Shown: positions 9,395 to 19,061 of the stretch, piece after piece
How positions within the stretch are numbered: the stretch's first letter is position 1
How the letters are laid out: each line of letters opens with the position of its first letter
Assembly (NCBI GenBank): GCA_031266665.1
Contig: JAISAO010000053.1
Location: 4,377 to 68,376, forward strand
Length of the DNA stretch: 64,000 nucleotides
Origin: Propionibacteriaceae bacterium
GTDB taxonomy: Bacteria; Actinomycetota; Actinomycetes; Propionibacteriales; Propionibacteriaceae
Reading direction: 5' to 3'
Notes under the pieces: generated by a model
The model's input: the letters and a program-made list of their open reading frames with translations, nothing else
Databases searched by the model: none
Told to the model about the DNA's origin: nothing
Translations under genes and position numbers: made by a program

Positions 9395-9560
9395 CTAGTG
9401 GTCTGTTACAGCTAGAAGTTGGGTTATGAGCGGTGTCGGGCGATGTCGATGTCTTGGCGGAGGAAGGAGGCGGGCTGGACGCCCGCCGACCGACGACAAC
9501 GCCGCCAGCGGCGTCGCCCGGCGATGCGAATCCGACGTTTTAGGTGCGGCCGACCACTAG
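9395..9560. repeat. MITE-like structured repeat, copy B
   Basis: Termini CTAGTGGTC (9395-9403) / GACCACTAG (9552-9560). Highly similar by eye (not computed) over ~125 nt to copy C at 44609-44785. Central hairpin GGCGGGC-TGGAC-GCCCGCC (9469-9487). The right end overlaps the last 6 codons and the stop of aconitase. Confidence 0.8.
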
Positions 9561-12200
9561 GGAGCGCAGGACGTAAGGCAGGATGCCGCCGTGGCGCAGG
9601 TAGTCGGCCTCCTTGGGCGTGTCGATGCGGACGATGGCGTCGAACTCGGTGGTGCCCCAGTCGGCTCGGGCGACGACTTGGACGGTGGGCGGGACGACAC
9701 CTTGGTTGAGGGCCTCCAGGCCGTTGACGGCGAAGACCTCCTGGCCGGTCAGGCCCAGGCTGTCGGCCGACTGGCCGGAGGGGAACTGTAGTGGCAGGAC
9801 GCCCAGGCCGAGCAGGTTGGAGCGGTGGATGCGCTCGAAGCTCTGGGCGATGACGGCCCTGACCCCGAGCAGGGCGGTGCCCTTGGCGGCCCAGTCGCGC
9901 GACGAGCCGGAGCCGTACTCCTGGCCGGCCAGCACGATCAGCGGCGTCCCGGCCGCCAGATAGTGGAGCGAGGCCTCGTAGACGGTCGTGACCGGCCCGT
10001 CCGCCACCGTGAAGTCCCGGGTCAGGCCGCCCTCGGCGCCCAGGGCCAATTGGTTGCGCAGGCGGATATTGGCGAAGGTGCCCCGGACCATGACCTCGTG
10101 GTTGCCCCGCCTAGAGCCGTAGGAGTTGAAGTCGGCCGGAGCCACGCCACGCTCGGCCAGGTAGCGCCCGGCCGGCGAGTCGGCCTTGATCGACCCGGCC
10201 GGGGAGATGTGGTCGGTCGTCACCGAGTCGCCCAGCTTGAGCAGCACCCGGGCGCCGCTGATGTCGGCCAGCGGCGCCGGGGTGGCCGGCAGGTGGTCGA
10301 AGTAGGGGGCGCGGCGGATATAGGTCGAGGCCTCGTCCCAGGCGAAGACGGCCCCCTGGGGGGTGGGCAGCTCTTGCCAGCGCTGGTCGCCGGCGAAGAC
10401 GTCGGCGTAGCGGCGGGCGAACATGGCCGGGTCGATGGACTGGTTGACCACCGTCTCGACCTCCCTGGGGTCGGGCCAGAGGTCGGCCAGGAAAATCGGA
10501 CGGCCGTCGGCGTCGTGCCCCAGAGGCTGGGTGGCGAAGTCGAAGTCCATTGTCCCGGCCAGGGCGTAGGCCACCACCAGCGGCGGCGAGGCCAGGTAGT
10601 TCATCTGCACCTGGGACGAGATCCGGCCCTCGAAGTTGCGGTTGCCGGAGAGCACGGCCGTGACGGTCAGGCCGTCTTGGTCGACGGCCGCCGCCACCTG
10701 GGGGACGAGCGGGCCGGTGTTGCCGATACAGGTCATACAGCCGTAGCCGGTCAGGGCGAAACCGAGTCGGGCCAGCGGCTCGGTCAGGCCGGCGGCGTCG
10801 AGGTAGTCGGTCACCACCTGGGAGCCCGGGGCCAAGGTGGTCTTGACCCAGGGCTTGACCCTCAGCCCCTGGGCCACGGCCCGGCGGGCCAGCAGCCCGG
10901 CCGCCACCATCACCTGGGGGTTGGAGGTGTTGGTGCAAGAGGTGATCGAGGCCACGGCCACGGCCCCGGGAAGCAACTCGACCGGTCCGTCCGCCAGGTC
11001 GACCGTCACCGCCCGCGCCGGGTCGGTGTTGTAATCCGGCAGAGCCTGGGCGAAGGCCGCCTTGGCCCGCTCCAACTCGATCCGGTCCTGGGGCCGCTTG
11101 GGTCCGGCGATGGAGGGGCGGACCTGGCCCAGGTCGAGCTCCAGATAGTCGGAGTAGGCCGGCTCGTGCTCGGGGTCGTGCCACAGACCCTGGGCCCGGG
11201 CGTAGGCCTCGACCAGTTCCAATTGCTCCGAGGGTCGCCCGGTCAGGCGCAGGTAGTCGATGGTGGCGGCGTCGATCGGGAAGATGGCGGCGGTCGAGCC
11301 GTACTCCGGGCTCATATTGCCGATGGTGCAGCGGTTGGCCACCGGCACCTGGTCCAGGCCGGGGCCGTAGAACTCGACGAACCGTCCCACCACATTGTGG
11401 CGGCGCAACTGCTGGGTGATGGTCAGCACCAGATCAGTCGCCGTCACCCCCGGGTCGAGACGGCCGCAGAGCTTGAAGCCGACCACCTGGGGGATCAGCA
11501 GCGGGATCGGCTGGCCCAGCAGGGCGGCCTCGGCCTCGATGCCGCCCACCCCCCAGCCCAGCACGCCCAGGCCGTTGACCATGGTGGTGTGGGAGTCGGT
11601 GCCGACGCAGCTGTCGGGGAAGGCCAGGCGGTGGCCCGCGTCGTCGGCGGGCGGGGCGCAGACCACCCGGGCGAGATGCTCGATGTTGACCTGGTGGACG
11701 ATGCCGGCGCCGGGCGGGACGACTCGGAAATTATCGAAGGCGGTCTGGCCCCAGCGCAGGAACTGGTAGCGCTCACGGTTGCGCCGGTACTCCCGCTCTT
11801 GGTTTTGGGCCAAGGCGTCGGGGCGGCCGAAGACGTCGGCGATGACGGAGTGGTCGATGACCAACTCCGCCGGGGCCAGGGGGTTGACCTGGGCCGGGTC
11901 GCCGCCCAACTCCGCCAGAGCCTGGCGCATGGTGGCCAGGTCGACCACGCAGGGCACGCCGGTGAAGTCTTGCATCAGCACCCGGGCGGGGACGAACTGG
12001 ATCTCCCAGTTGGGCTCGGCCGCCGGGTCCCAGCGGGCCAGCTGCTCGACGTCGGCCGCGCCGTCCGGGCTGTGTCGCAGCAGGTTCTCCAACAAGATCT
12101 TGAGCGCGTAGGGCAAGTCTGGCCTGGGGTCGGCGGCGGCCAACGGACAGTAGTCGAAGGTGGTGGAGCCGACCGTCAGAGCGGCCCGGGGGACAGTCAT
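9540..12200 (-). CDS. acnA: aconitate hydratase A
   Basis: ORF 9540..12698 trimmed to ATG 12200, with GGAAGGA just upstream. Motifs [39 protein letters not shown] and SGNRNFEGR. Confidence 0.95.
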   Translation of the reverse strand: MTVPRAALTVGSTTFDYCPLAAADPRPDLPYALKILLENLLRHSPDGAADVEQLARWDPAAEPNWEIQFVPARVLMQDFTGVPCVVDLATMRQALAELGGDPAQVNPLAPAELVIDHSVIADVFGRPDALAQNQEREYRRNRERYQFLRWGQTAFDNFRVVPPGAGIVHQVNIEHLARVVCAPPADDAGHRLAFPDSCVGTDSHTTMVNGLGVLGWGVGGIEAEAALLGQPIPLLIPQVVGFKLCGRLDPGVTATDLVLTITQQLRRHNVVGRFVEFYGPGLDQVPVANRCTIGNMSPEYGSTAAIFPIDAATIDYLRLTGRPSEQLELVEAYARAQGLWHDPEHEPAYSDYLELDLGQVRPSIAGPKRPQDRIELERAKAAFAQALPDYNTDPARAVTVDLADGPVELLPGAVAVASITSCTNTSNPQVMVAAGLLARRAVAQGLRVKPWVKTTLAPGSQVVTDYLDAAGLTEPLARLGFALTGYGCMTCIGNTGPLVPQVAAAVDQDGLTVTAVLSGNRNFEGRISSQVQMNYLASPPLVVAYALAGTMDFDFATQPLGHDADGRPIFLADLWPDPREVETVVNQSIDPAMFARRYADVFAGDQRWQELPTPQGAVFAWDEASTYIRRAPYFDHLPATPAPLADISGARVLLKLGDSVTTDHISPAGSIKADSPAGRYLAERGVAPADFNSYGSRRGNHEVMVRGTFANIRLRNQLALGAEGGLTRDFTVADGPVTTVYEASLHYLAAGTPLIVLAGQEYGSGSSRDWAAKGTALLGVRAVIAQSFERIHRSNLLGLGVLPLQFPSGQSADSLGLTGQEVFAVNGLEALNQGVVPPTVQVVARADWGTTEFDAIVRIDTPKEADYLRHGGILPYVLRSLVVGRT

Positions 12201-12302
12201 GTTTTTCCTTCCTGCTGTTGGCCGAATTATAAGGCGGCCCGACGACGGCGGCCGGCCTCGTCCAACCGGTAAAATGTCCCCCAGGGACGAGGACGGGGGA
12301 CG

Positions 12303-12971
12303 ATGTATTACGTCATCATGGGCTGCGGCCGGGTCGGCGTCCGGCTGGCCCGGGCCTTGGAGCGGCGGGGCCACGAGGTGGCCGCCATCGACATCAACCC
12401 CGACGCCTTCCGCCGCCTGGGCCCCGACTTCAAGGGGCTGACCGTCACCGGGGTGGGCTTCGACCGCGACACCTTGATCCGGGCCGGCGTCGAGCAGGCC
12501 CACGGCCTGGCCGCCGTGGCCGATGGCGACAACACCAATATCTTGACGGCGCGGACGGCGCGGGAATACTTCCGCGTCCCCACGGTGGTGGCCCGGATCT
12601 ACGACCCGGGCCGGGCTGAGGCCTACGAGCGCCTGGGCATCCCGACCGTGGCGACGGTCCGCTGGACGGCCGACCAGGTGTTGCGACGCCTCATCCAAGT
12701 CGGCGGCGAGTCGCTCTGGCAGGACCCCTCCGACTTGGCCCGACTGGTCGAGATCGCCTTCGACCCGGGCTGGGTCGGCTGGACGGTGGCGGCGGCCGAG
12801 GACCGGCTGGCCGCCCGGCTGCCGCTGCTGGGCCGCTTCGGCCAGGGGCTGGTGACCGTCCCGGACACGGTCCTGCAGGACGGCGACATCCTCTACGCCC
12901 TGGTGGCCACCGAGCGGGCCGCCGAGGTCAGCGAGTTATTGGGCCGCGCCCCCACCGCGCAGGAGGACTGA
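12303..12971 (+). CDS. trkA: TrkA-family potassium uptake protein (RCK N+C domains)
   Basis: [36 protein letters not shown] Rossmann/RCK N-terminus. The TGA stop overlaps the ATG of the next trkA-like gene. Confidence 0.85.
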   Translation: MYYVIMGCGRVGVRLARALERRGHEVAAIDINPDAFRRLGPDFKGLTVTGVGFDRDTLIRAGVEQAHGLAAVADGDNTNILTARTAREYFRVPTVVARIYDPGRAEAYERLGIPTVATVRWTADQVLRRLIQVGGESLWQDPSDLARLVEIAFDPGWVGWTVAAAEDRLAARLPLLGRFGQGLVTVPDTVLQDGDILYALVATERAAEVSELLGRAPTAQED

Positions 12972-13669
12972 TGCGCATCTCCATCGCCGGGGCCGGCAAG
13001 TCCGGCCGGGCCATCGCCCGCCAACTGTTGGGCCACGGCCACGAGGTCTTGCTGATCGACCGCGACCCGGCCCAAATCCGGCCGGCGGCGGTGCCTCAGG
13101 CGGAGTGGCTGTTGGCCGACGCCTGCGAGATCAGCTCGCTGGCCGAGGCCGAGCTGTCCGGCTGCGACGTGGCCGTGGCCGCCACCGGCGACGACCGGGC
13201 CAATCTGGTCCACTCCCTGCTGGCCAAGACCGAGTTCGGCCTGCCCCGAGTGGTGGCCCGGGTCAACCACCCCAACAACGAATGGCTGTTCAACCAGTCC
13301 TGGGGGGTGGACGTGGCCGTCTCCGCCCCCAGCCTGATCGGCGCGGTGGTGGACGAGGCGGTGTCGACCGGCGACCTGGTGCGGCTGTTCTCCTTTGCCA
13401 ACCGGGAGACCGCCCTGGTGGCCGTCCGCCTGCCCCCCGACAGCCCCTGGCTGGGGCGCGAGGCGACCAAGTCGCCGGCCGCCGAGGGCATCGCCCTGAC
13501 CGCCGTGGTGCGCCAGGGCCGTCCCCTGGCCCCGGCCGAGGCCGGCCAGTTGGCCGGGGCGGACGAGTTGATCTTCATCGTCGCCCGTCACGCCGAGCCC
13601 AACCTGGTGGCGGCCCTGTCCGGGCAAGGCGCGGTGACGGTGATGGGGTCCGGTCCGACCGGCGCCTGA
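12971..13669 (+). CDS. trkA: TrkA-family potassium uptake protein, second paralog
   Basis: [33 protein letters not shown]. The paired ceoB/ceoC-like arrangement is known from mycobacteria. Confidence 0.85.
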   Translation: MRISIAGAGKSGRAIARQLLGHGHEVLLIDRDPAQIRPAAVPQAEWLLADACEISSLAEAELSGCDVAVAATGDDRANLVHSLLAKTEFGLPRVVARVNHPNNEWLFNQSWGVDVAVSAPSLIGAVVDEAVSTGDLVRLFSFANRETALVAVRLPPDSPWLGREATKSPAAEGIALTAVVRQGRPLAPAEAGQLAGADELIFIVARHAEPNLVAALSGQGAVTVMGSGPTGA

Positions 13670-13738
13670 GCCCTCAGCCCGCCCGACCGGTCGGCGGCGG
13701 ACCCGGGCCGAGGCCGCCCGTCCCCGCCGTCACCTGGC

Positions 13739-13765
13739 GTCATCCCGGACTCGATCCGGGATGAC
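13739..13765. terminator. bidirectional hairpin between convergent trkA and OB-fold genes
   Basis: Perfect 11-bp stem GTCATCCCGGA / TCCGGGATGAC with a 5-nt loop. Confidence 0.45.
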
Positions 13766-13823
13766 GATCAACCCGTGAATAATCGAGCGACCAGCGGTGG
13801 AGCCAGGCCGAGGCGCCACGGCC

Positions 13824-14204
13824 TCAGACGACGGGGCGGGCGGGCTCCAGGTTGTAGTCGGGGTTGAAGATGACTTGACGGCCGCGATCCGGGGCCAGAC
13901 GGCCGCGCACCCGCATCCTAACGCCGACCACGACCCCGGGGACGACCGTCCGGCCCATCCAGCACAACGTCACTTGGCCTGTGCCGTCGCTCAACTCGGC
14001 CTCGAACCAGGGGCCGTGGGGCTGATCCACCAGGGCCACGGCCGTGATCTCGCCCCGGGCGTCGACCAGGCGGCGGAGCCGGGCCGAGGCGATGTCGGCG
14101 GGACCGTCCGGGACCGGATCGGGGTCGATGTCGGTGAAGTCGTCGTCCTCGTCCGCCACCAGCCGGCCGAGGACGCGCCGCCACCAGCGGGGCCGGTCGC
14201 TCAC
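13824..14204 (-). CDS. OB-fold nucleic-acid-binding domain protein (conserved dut-neighbourhood gene)
   Basis: 126 aa. GTG start overlaps the upstream stop (GTGA). Family assigned from memory of the conserved actinobacterial dut locus. Confidence 0.65.
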   Translation of the reverse strand: MSDRPRWWRRVLGRLVADEDDDFTDIDPDPVPDGPADIASARLRRLVDARGEITAVALVDQPHGPWFEAELSDGTGQVTLCWMGRTVVPGVVVGVRMRVRGRLAPDRGRQVIFNPDYNLEPARPVV

Positions 14205-14941
14205 GGCCGCCCAGACCGGCCCGGTCGGCCCGGCTGGTCCGGCTGGTCCGGTTGGCCCGGCGGGCGCAGCGGGACGGGGGTGCCGGGCACCAGGGCGACA
14301 TCGCCCCGGCGCACCACCAAGTTGCGCAAGACCTCCTCCAACTCACCGGCCGGACCGGCGTCGAGCAGGTCGAGGGCGGCCCGGCCCGACAGGCGGGCCG
14401 AGAGCAGCCAGCGCGGGCCGGCGATGAGCCATTGGCGCACCGGCTGGCCAACGGCCGCTCCGCCGGTCTCGACCACGGCCGAAAGGCCGCGCAACTCCGT
14501 GCCGAAGGGTCCGGCGACCAACTCGAGCGGGGCTTCGGCGGCCTCGGCCTCGGCCAGCAGACGCTCCCGCTGCTCGGCGGCGAAACCGGGATCGTCAGGG
14601 GCCGCCAAGACCTGGACCTGGAGGCTCCCCGGCGGGCCGACCACGATCAAGCTGGCGGCCGTCTTGGTCTTAGGATCGAGCACGATTTGGACCTTCAGAT
14701 CGGGCTCCGGAGTGACGATCAGAGCGCCGAGGTCGAGCCGGCCGATGTCGTCGGCCCCCAGATCGACCTCGGTGATGTCGAAGGGGCCGTCCTGACGCCA
14801 GTCCTGGCTGCGGTCCAGGGCCTCCCACTGGTCGACCGGCGGGCGCCTGTCCGCGAAGCCGTCCGATGAGGCGGGCGAGGCCGACTGGAGCGCCGGCTGA
14901 TCTGTGGCGGGCTCGGCTTTGGCCTGACGACGAAAAATCAC
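14201..14941 (-). CDS. DUF3710-family protein
   Basis: ORF 14201..14977 trimmed to GTG 14941, which overlaps the dut TGA stop (GTGA) and has GGGAGC upstream. Acidic protein with the [11 protein letters not shown]... core typical of the family (from memory). Confidence 0.7.
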   Translation of the reverse strand: MIFRRQAKAEPATDQPALQSASPASSDGFADRRPPVDQWEALDRSQDWRQDGPFDITEVDLGADDIGRLDLGALIVTPEPDLKVQIVLDPKTKTAASLIVVGPPGSLQVQVLAAPDDPGFAAEQRERLLAEAEAAEAPLELVAGPFGTELRGLSAVVETGGAAVGQPVRQWLIAGPRWLLSARLSGRAALDLLDAGPAGELEEVLRNLVVRRGDVALVPGTPVPLRPPGQPDQPDQPGRPGRSGRP

Positions 14942-15432
14942 TCTTGCTCCCGATGGTCGTCTGGGAGCGGCCCCCAAGCCGCCCCACCGGTCGAACCATA
15001 CCCGTCCGCGCCCCGCTCAGTCGGCCCCAGGTCGGCCGCCTCGACGAATTCGACCGTGGCCACGGCCTGGACCACCAATTGGGCGATGCGGTCGCCCCGG
15101 CGCAGCTCTATCGGCTGGGAACGGTCGGTGTTGAGCAGGGCGACCTTGATCTCGCCCCGGTAGCCGGCGTCGATGGTGCCGGGGGCGTTGACGATGGTCA
15201 GGCCGGCCCGGGCGGCCAGGCCGGAGCGGGGGTGGATGAAACCGGCGTAGCCCCAGGGCAGGGCCAGGGCCAGACCGGTGCCGACCAGCGCCCGCTCCCC
15301 CGGCCCTAGCACGACATCGACCGTGGTGGCCAGATCGGCCCCGGCGTCGCCCGGGTGGGCGTAGGCCGGCCAGGGCATCCCGGGGTCGAGGCGGCGCAAC
15401 CCCACGGTCAGCCGGTCCGGACTGAGACTCAC
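14938..15432 (-). CDS. dut: dUTP diphosphatase
   Basis: Motifs AGADL, RSGLA and [11 protein letters not shown], with a C-terminal Gly-rich tail. Confidence 0.95.
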   Translation of the reverse strand: MSLSPDRLTVGLRRLDPGMPWPAYAHPGDAGADLATTVDVVLGPGERALVGTGLALALPWGYAGFIHPRSGLAARAGLTIVNAPGTIDAGYRGEIKVALLNTDRSQPIELRRGDRIAQLVVQAVATVEFVEAADLGPTERGADGYGSTGGAAWGPLPDDHREQE

Positions 15433-15497
15433 AGCAGCACCCCTCTCAAACTAGCAACTAGGATGAGCCCGTCCGGCTATCTTCCAGGAGGGGCTCA

Positions 15498-15779
15498 ATG
15501 GGTCGAGCCATTGTCGAGAGAATTTACACGGCTATCGCCGTCGGCGCCGTCTCCGCCGTCGCCGGCTTCTGCTTGCGCCGCGTCTGGCGCTGGGTGACGG
15601 GCGACCAGCCGCCCGACCCCAGGGACCCCGAGGCCCCCGTCCGCCAGGCCCTGGTCTGGCTGGTGCTGTCCAGCCTGGTGGGCTCCCTGGCCTCGTTGGC
15701 CATCACCCGGGGGGCCGGACGCCTGACCGCCGCCGGGGCTGCTCCGGCGCCCGACCCCGAAGCCGTCGAAACAAACTGA
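15498..15779 (+). CDS. DUF4235-like small membrane protein
   Basis: 93 aa. Two hydrophobic helices flank RRVWRWVTGDQPPDPRDPEAP, a pattern recalled for DUF4235. Divergent from dut. Confidence 0.55.
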   Translation: MGRAIVERIYTAIAVGAVSAVAGFCLRRVWRWVTGDQPPDPRDPEAPVRQALVWLVLSSLVGSLASLAITRGAGRLTAAGAAPAPDPEAVETN

Positions 15780-15865
15780 CGCTGACGGGGGCTGGCCACT
15801 GACGGAGGCTGGCCCAATGAGGCTGGCCCACTGGTCGTGCCGGCCCAACGGCCGTGGTTCGGCCT

Positions 15866-16165
15866 CTAAACGCAGTCGACGCAGTACTCCAGGCCGTCCC
15901 GGACGGCGGCGATCTGGGAGCGGTGCCGGACCAGGTAGCAGCCGGCGCAGGTGAACTCGTCGGCCTGGCGCGGCAGCACCCGGACCGTCAACTCCTCGTG
16001 CGAGAGGTCGGCGCCCGGCAGTTCGAAAGCCTCGGCGGCCTCGGCCTCGTCCTCGTCCACCTTGCCAGAGTTCTTGTCGTTGCGGCGGGACTTCAACTCT
16101 TCGATGGAGTCCTCGCTGATCTCCTCTTCGGACTTGCGCGGGGCGTCGTAGTCGGTCGCCATCAT
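15866..16165 (-). CDS. DUF4193-family protein
   Basis: ORF 15866..16261 trimmed to the ATGATG at 16165/16162, after GGGAAGGGA. Acidic N-terminal half (MMATDYDAPRKSEEE...) and C-terminal Cys pairs FTCAGCY...EYCVDC. Confidence 0.75.
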   Translation of the reverse strand: MMATDYDAPRKSEEEISEDSIEELKSRRNDKNSGKVDEDEAEAAEAFELPGADLSHEELTVRVLPRQADEFTCAGCYLVRHRSQIAAVRDGLEYCVDCV

Positions 16166-16407
16166 TCCCTTCCCGTCGTGGATCAAGCGCCTGTGCGGCC
16201 CAGGCCCAATCCCCTCCACTGTGCGGACGGTGGAGGATTGTAGCCGCTTTGGGCCAGGCACGACATAGCGGCTGGGGCAGTGATTGGCCGCTTATCCACA
16301 TCGAACGGCCCCATCCGGGCGCGCTGGCGACGACGGCGACGCCCACCGGCTGTAAGTTTGGACACTGGAATGTGCTGTCCGACCCTCGGGGAGACTAGGG
16401 AGACTAG

Positions 16408-17370
16408 ATGGAAGCCCTGACGCCGCGGGAGATCCAGACCCGGATCCGCTCCGGCCAGTCCTTGGCCGATGTGGCCAAGATCGCCGGCCTGAGCGCCGAA
16501 CGAGTCGAGGCCTTCGCCGCGCCGATTCTGGCCGAGCGGTCCCACATCGCCGCCCTGGCCCTGGCCTCGCCGGTCCGCCGGGCCGGGGAGCCGGGTTCGA
16601 GCCGGGGGCTGCGCCGGATGGTGGCCGACCGCCTGCTGGCCCGCGGCCTAGACGTCGACCTGGTCGACTGGGACGCCTGGCGGCGGGCCGACAGCCGCTG
16701 GGTGGCGGAGGCGCGCTACCAACTCGACGGCGTCGACCATGTGGCCCGTTTCCTATTCGACCATCAGGGCCGCTTCTCCGTGGCCGCCGATGACGAGGCC
16801 CGCTGGCTGATCGGCGACCCCGGACCGAAGCGGCGCCCGCCCCAGGGCGACGATTCGGAGCCGACCGTCGATCTGGTCCCGCCCCCTCCGGCGACTGCGG
16901 CGGCCGATCCGACCCCCGCCTACTGGCCGCCGACGGTTCCGGCCGCCGGTCCGCCCCCCGCCGCTTGGCCGACGGCGGCCGACCAGCCGTCGCCTCGGCC
17001 CTGGCCGCCGACGGCTGAGGCGGCTGACCCGGCCTGGGCGGCGCTCGAAGACGATCTCGGGACGGAGGCCGACTCGCTGGCCCCGGGACGGCGCTCGGAC
17101 CTGGACGCGCTCTACGACATGATCTCCGTCATCGAGGAGGACTCGGTCAAGATCTATCGCGGTCTGCGCGAGCCCCTGCCCGGTTTGGAGGCCGACTCCA
17201 AGCCGCCGGACCAGTTAGCCCAGCTGGACCAGTTGATCCCGCCCCCGCCGGACCCGACTCAGGAGACCGGTTCGGCCACGCCGGCGCGGCGCCGGGGCGG
17301 CAAACGCTCCCGCGCCTCGGTGCCGAGTTGGGACGAGATCATGTTCGGCGGCCCGCCCCAAGCCGGCTGA
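16408..17370 (+). CDS. sepH: septation protein SepH (DUF3071)
   Basis: N-terminal LTPREIQTRIRSGQSLADVAKIAGLSAERVEAFAAPILAERSHI, a Pro-rich linker, and a basic C-terminus RRRGGKRSRASVPSWDEIMFGG. Confidence 0.7.
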   Translation: MEALTPREIQTRIRSGQSLADVAKIAGLSAERVEAFAAPILAERSHIAALALASPVRRAGEPGSSRGLRRMVADRLLARGLDVDLVDWDAWRRADSRWVAEARYQLDGVDHVARFLFDHQGRFSVAADDEARWLIGDPGPKRRPPQGDDSEPTVDLVPPPPATAAADPTPAYWPPTVPAAGPPPAAWPTAADQPSPRPWPPTAEAADPAWAALEDDLGTEADSLAPGRRSDLDALYDMISVIEEDSVKIYRGLREPLPGLEADSKPPDQLAQLDQLIPPPPDPTQETGSATPARRRGGKRSRASVPSWDEIMFGGPPQAG

Positions 17371-17438
17371 GCCCAACCCCAGCGCTGATCGGCGGAGCCC
17401 TAAGTCGGCTGTGCCCAGCTCCAGCGCTGATCGGCGGA
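17366..17438. repeat. 31-bp imperfect direct repeat (period 42) in a convergent spacer
   Basis: GCTGAGCCCAACCCCAGCGCTGATCGGCGGA (17366-17396) versus GCTGTGCCCAGCTCCAGCGCTGATCGGCGGA (17408-17438). The 18-bp core is identical. The second copy can form CTGATC-GGCG-GATCAG. Confidence 0.6.
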
Positions 17439-17467
17439 TCAGAATCGGCCCGTCTGGACCCAGGGGC

Positions 17468-17839
17468 TCAGGCCTTGGGCTCGTCGGCCACCTTGAAGTC
17501 GTAGTAGTACTCACGACCCTCGACCTTGGTGATGGTGACGGTCAAGTCGAAGACGCCCTGGCCGACGACGGTCAAATCACAGTCGAGAGTGGCGCCGACC
17601 TCGATGACGACTTGCTCCTGGCCGCAGTCGACTTGGAGTTGGTCCTCCAACTCGGGCAGTTGCTGGCTCAACTGGTCGGTCAGGTCCTGGGCCATCTCCA
17701 CCGGGTCGATCCGGGGCCCCAGGGCGGCGCAGCCGGCCAAGACGACCGCCGCCAGCAGCGCCGCCGCCAGGGTGGAACCCTTGATGCCTAAACCCTTTGG
17801 GTCTGTCCCCGGGTTCGCCCAAGTGGGGGCCGCCACCAT
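17468..17839 (-). CDS. DUF4333-like secreted lipoprotein
   Basis: C-terminal 123 codons of the artefactual ORF 17468..18715. Lipobox VLAGC. Mature part has paired Cys residues (QVDCGQE...TLDCDL). Confidence 0.6.
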   Translation of the reverse strand: MVAAPTWANPGTDPKGLGIKGSTLAAALLAAVVLAGCAALGPRIDPVEMAQDLTDQLSQQLPELEDQLQVDCGQEQVVIEVGATLDCDLTVVGQGVFDLTVTITKVEGREYYYDFKVADEPKA

Positions 17840-17889
17840 CTGACATCTTCTCCGCCTCCGCCCGGATCCGCGCCGGCGGTCGTCCACCA

Positions 17890-19053
17890 TCATGGCTGTG
17901 GCCGCCGTTCTAGCCGTTCTAGGAAGGGGACGCTCGAGAACAGGGGCACGACCATCTCCCGACGGGTCAACGAGCCATGCATGCCGATCAACTTGGCCTC
18001 CACCGGGGTGCGGCGGCTGAGCACGGCCCAGTCCTGGCGCAGCGCCACCACGACATCGCCCAGCCTGGCCCGGGCCAGCGGCTCGACCGGGCCGAACCAG
18101 CCCTGGGCGATGGCCGACGCCCGTTCCTCGACCCAGGCGCGGTCGCCCAGACAGTCCCGCCAGCGGGCCGCCACGGCCTGGGGTTGGTCGCTGTAGAGGT
18201 GGCGGAAGCGGCCCTCGCCGCCGATCCGGGTCAGGTCGGCGGCCAGTTCGGGCCTGTCCTCGATGGTCAGGCGATGGTCCGCCGGCACGTCGACCATGCC
18301 GTGGTCGCCCGTGATCAACAAGACCGTTCCCGAGTCGAGGGCTTGGCGCAGCCGGGCCACCAGTCGGTCGAGCGCCACCAGAGCGTCGAGCCAGCGGTCG
18401 GAGGCCAGGCCGGCGGCGTGGCCGACGTGGTCCAGACCACGGTGGTAGGCGTAGACCAAGGAACGGTCCGACGCGGCGGCGGCCCGGACCACCGTCTCGA
18501 CCCAGGCCGTCGCCTCGGCCTCGGTCTTGGGCTCGACCGCGGCCACCGTCCCCGGGCCGCGCAGGGCGGCCCGGGTGAAACCGGAGCCGACCTGTTCGGG
18601 GGGCAAGACCAGACCGACCCCGACCCCGGCGGACGCGGCCCGTTGGAACCAGGTGGGCCTGGGCTGGACGGTCTCCGGGGAGACCTGGACATCCCAGTTG
18701 AGGGGCGCCAGGCACCTTCCCAGGTCGGGGACGAAGAAGCGGTAGCCGACCAGGCCGTGCTCGCCCGGCGTCAAACCGGTGCCCAAGCTGGCCAGCGAGG
18801 CCGCGGTGGTGGAGGGGACCACCGCCGTCAACTCCAGGACGCCGTCCATCAGGTCGGCCAGGGCGGGGGCGACGTCGAGCGCCCCGACGACCGCCTGGAA
18901 GCCCAGGCCGTCGACCAGCAGGACGACATAGCGCCGGGCGTCGGCCAGGCCGAAGGGGTCGTCGGCGCAGCCCGGCACCCCCAGGTGGGCGCCGACGGCG
19001 GGCAGCAGACGGTCCAAGCAGAGACCGCCGTAGCGGGGCAGGACGCAGGGCAC
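17890..19053 (-). CDS. alkaline-phosphatase-superfamily (nucleotide pyrophosphatase/phosphodiesterase-like) protein
   Basis: ORF 17890..19530 trimmed to GTG 19053, just after the upstream USP stop. Motifs VVLLVDGLG, VVPSTTAASLASLGTG and ITGDHGM. The start is uncertain. Confidence 0.65.
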   Translation of the reverse strand: MPCVLPRYGGLCLDRLLPAVGAHLGVPGCADDPFGLADARRYVVLLVDGLGFQAVVGALDVAPALADLMDGVLELTAVVPSTTAASLASLGTGLTPGEHGLVGYRFFVPDLGRCLAPLNWDVQVSPETVQPRPTWFQRAASAGVGVGLVLPPEQVGSGFTRAALRGPGTVAAVEPKTEAEATAWVETVVRAAAASDRSLVYAYHRGLDHVGHAAGLASDRWLDALVALDRLVARLRQALDSGTVLLITGDHGMVDVPADHRLTIEDRPELAADLTRIGGEGRFRHLYSDQPQAVAARWRDCLGDRAWVEERASAIAQGWFGPVEPLARARLGDVVVALRQDWAVLSRRTPVEAKLIGMHGSLTRREMVVPLFSSVPFLERLERRPQP

Positions 19054-19061
19054 GGGACGGC

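Noticed and set aside
9419-9709. 96-aa ORF starting inside repeat copy B, and the idea that the repeat family encodes a peptide.
   Set aside because: The frame is not conserved among the three copies. Copy C has a stop in the corresponding frame and copy A differs by indels. The translation is Arg-rich junk that runs antisense into the aconitase gene.
9825-12272. 815-aa ORF antisense to aconitase, and the 12201..12698 N-terminal extension of the aconitase ORF itself.
   Set aside because: - The antisense frame is low-complexity Gly/Arg/Val/Asp junk.
- The aconitase homology starts at ATG 12200, which has a good RBS.
- The upstream 166 codons overlap the trkA promoter and gene region on the other strand.
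12200-12303. Possible riboswitch (e.g. c-di-AMP type) upstream of the trkA pair.
   Set aside because: The spacer is only about 100 nt and is shared with the aconitase promoter. I see no conserved riboswitch-like helices.
17468-18715. 415-aa minus-strand ORF.
   Set aside because: Only the last 123 codons (from ATG 17839) form a plausible secreted lipoprotein. The remainder is Arg/Gly/Pro junk out of frame with the AlkP-family gene.
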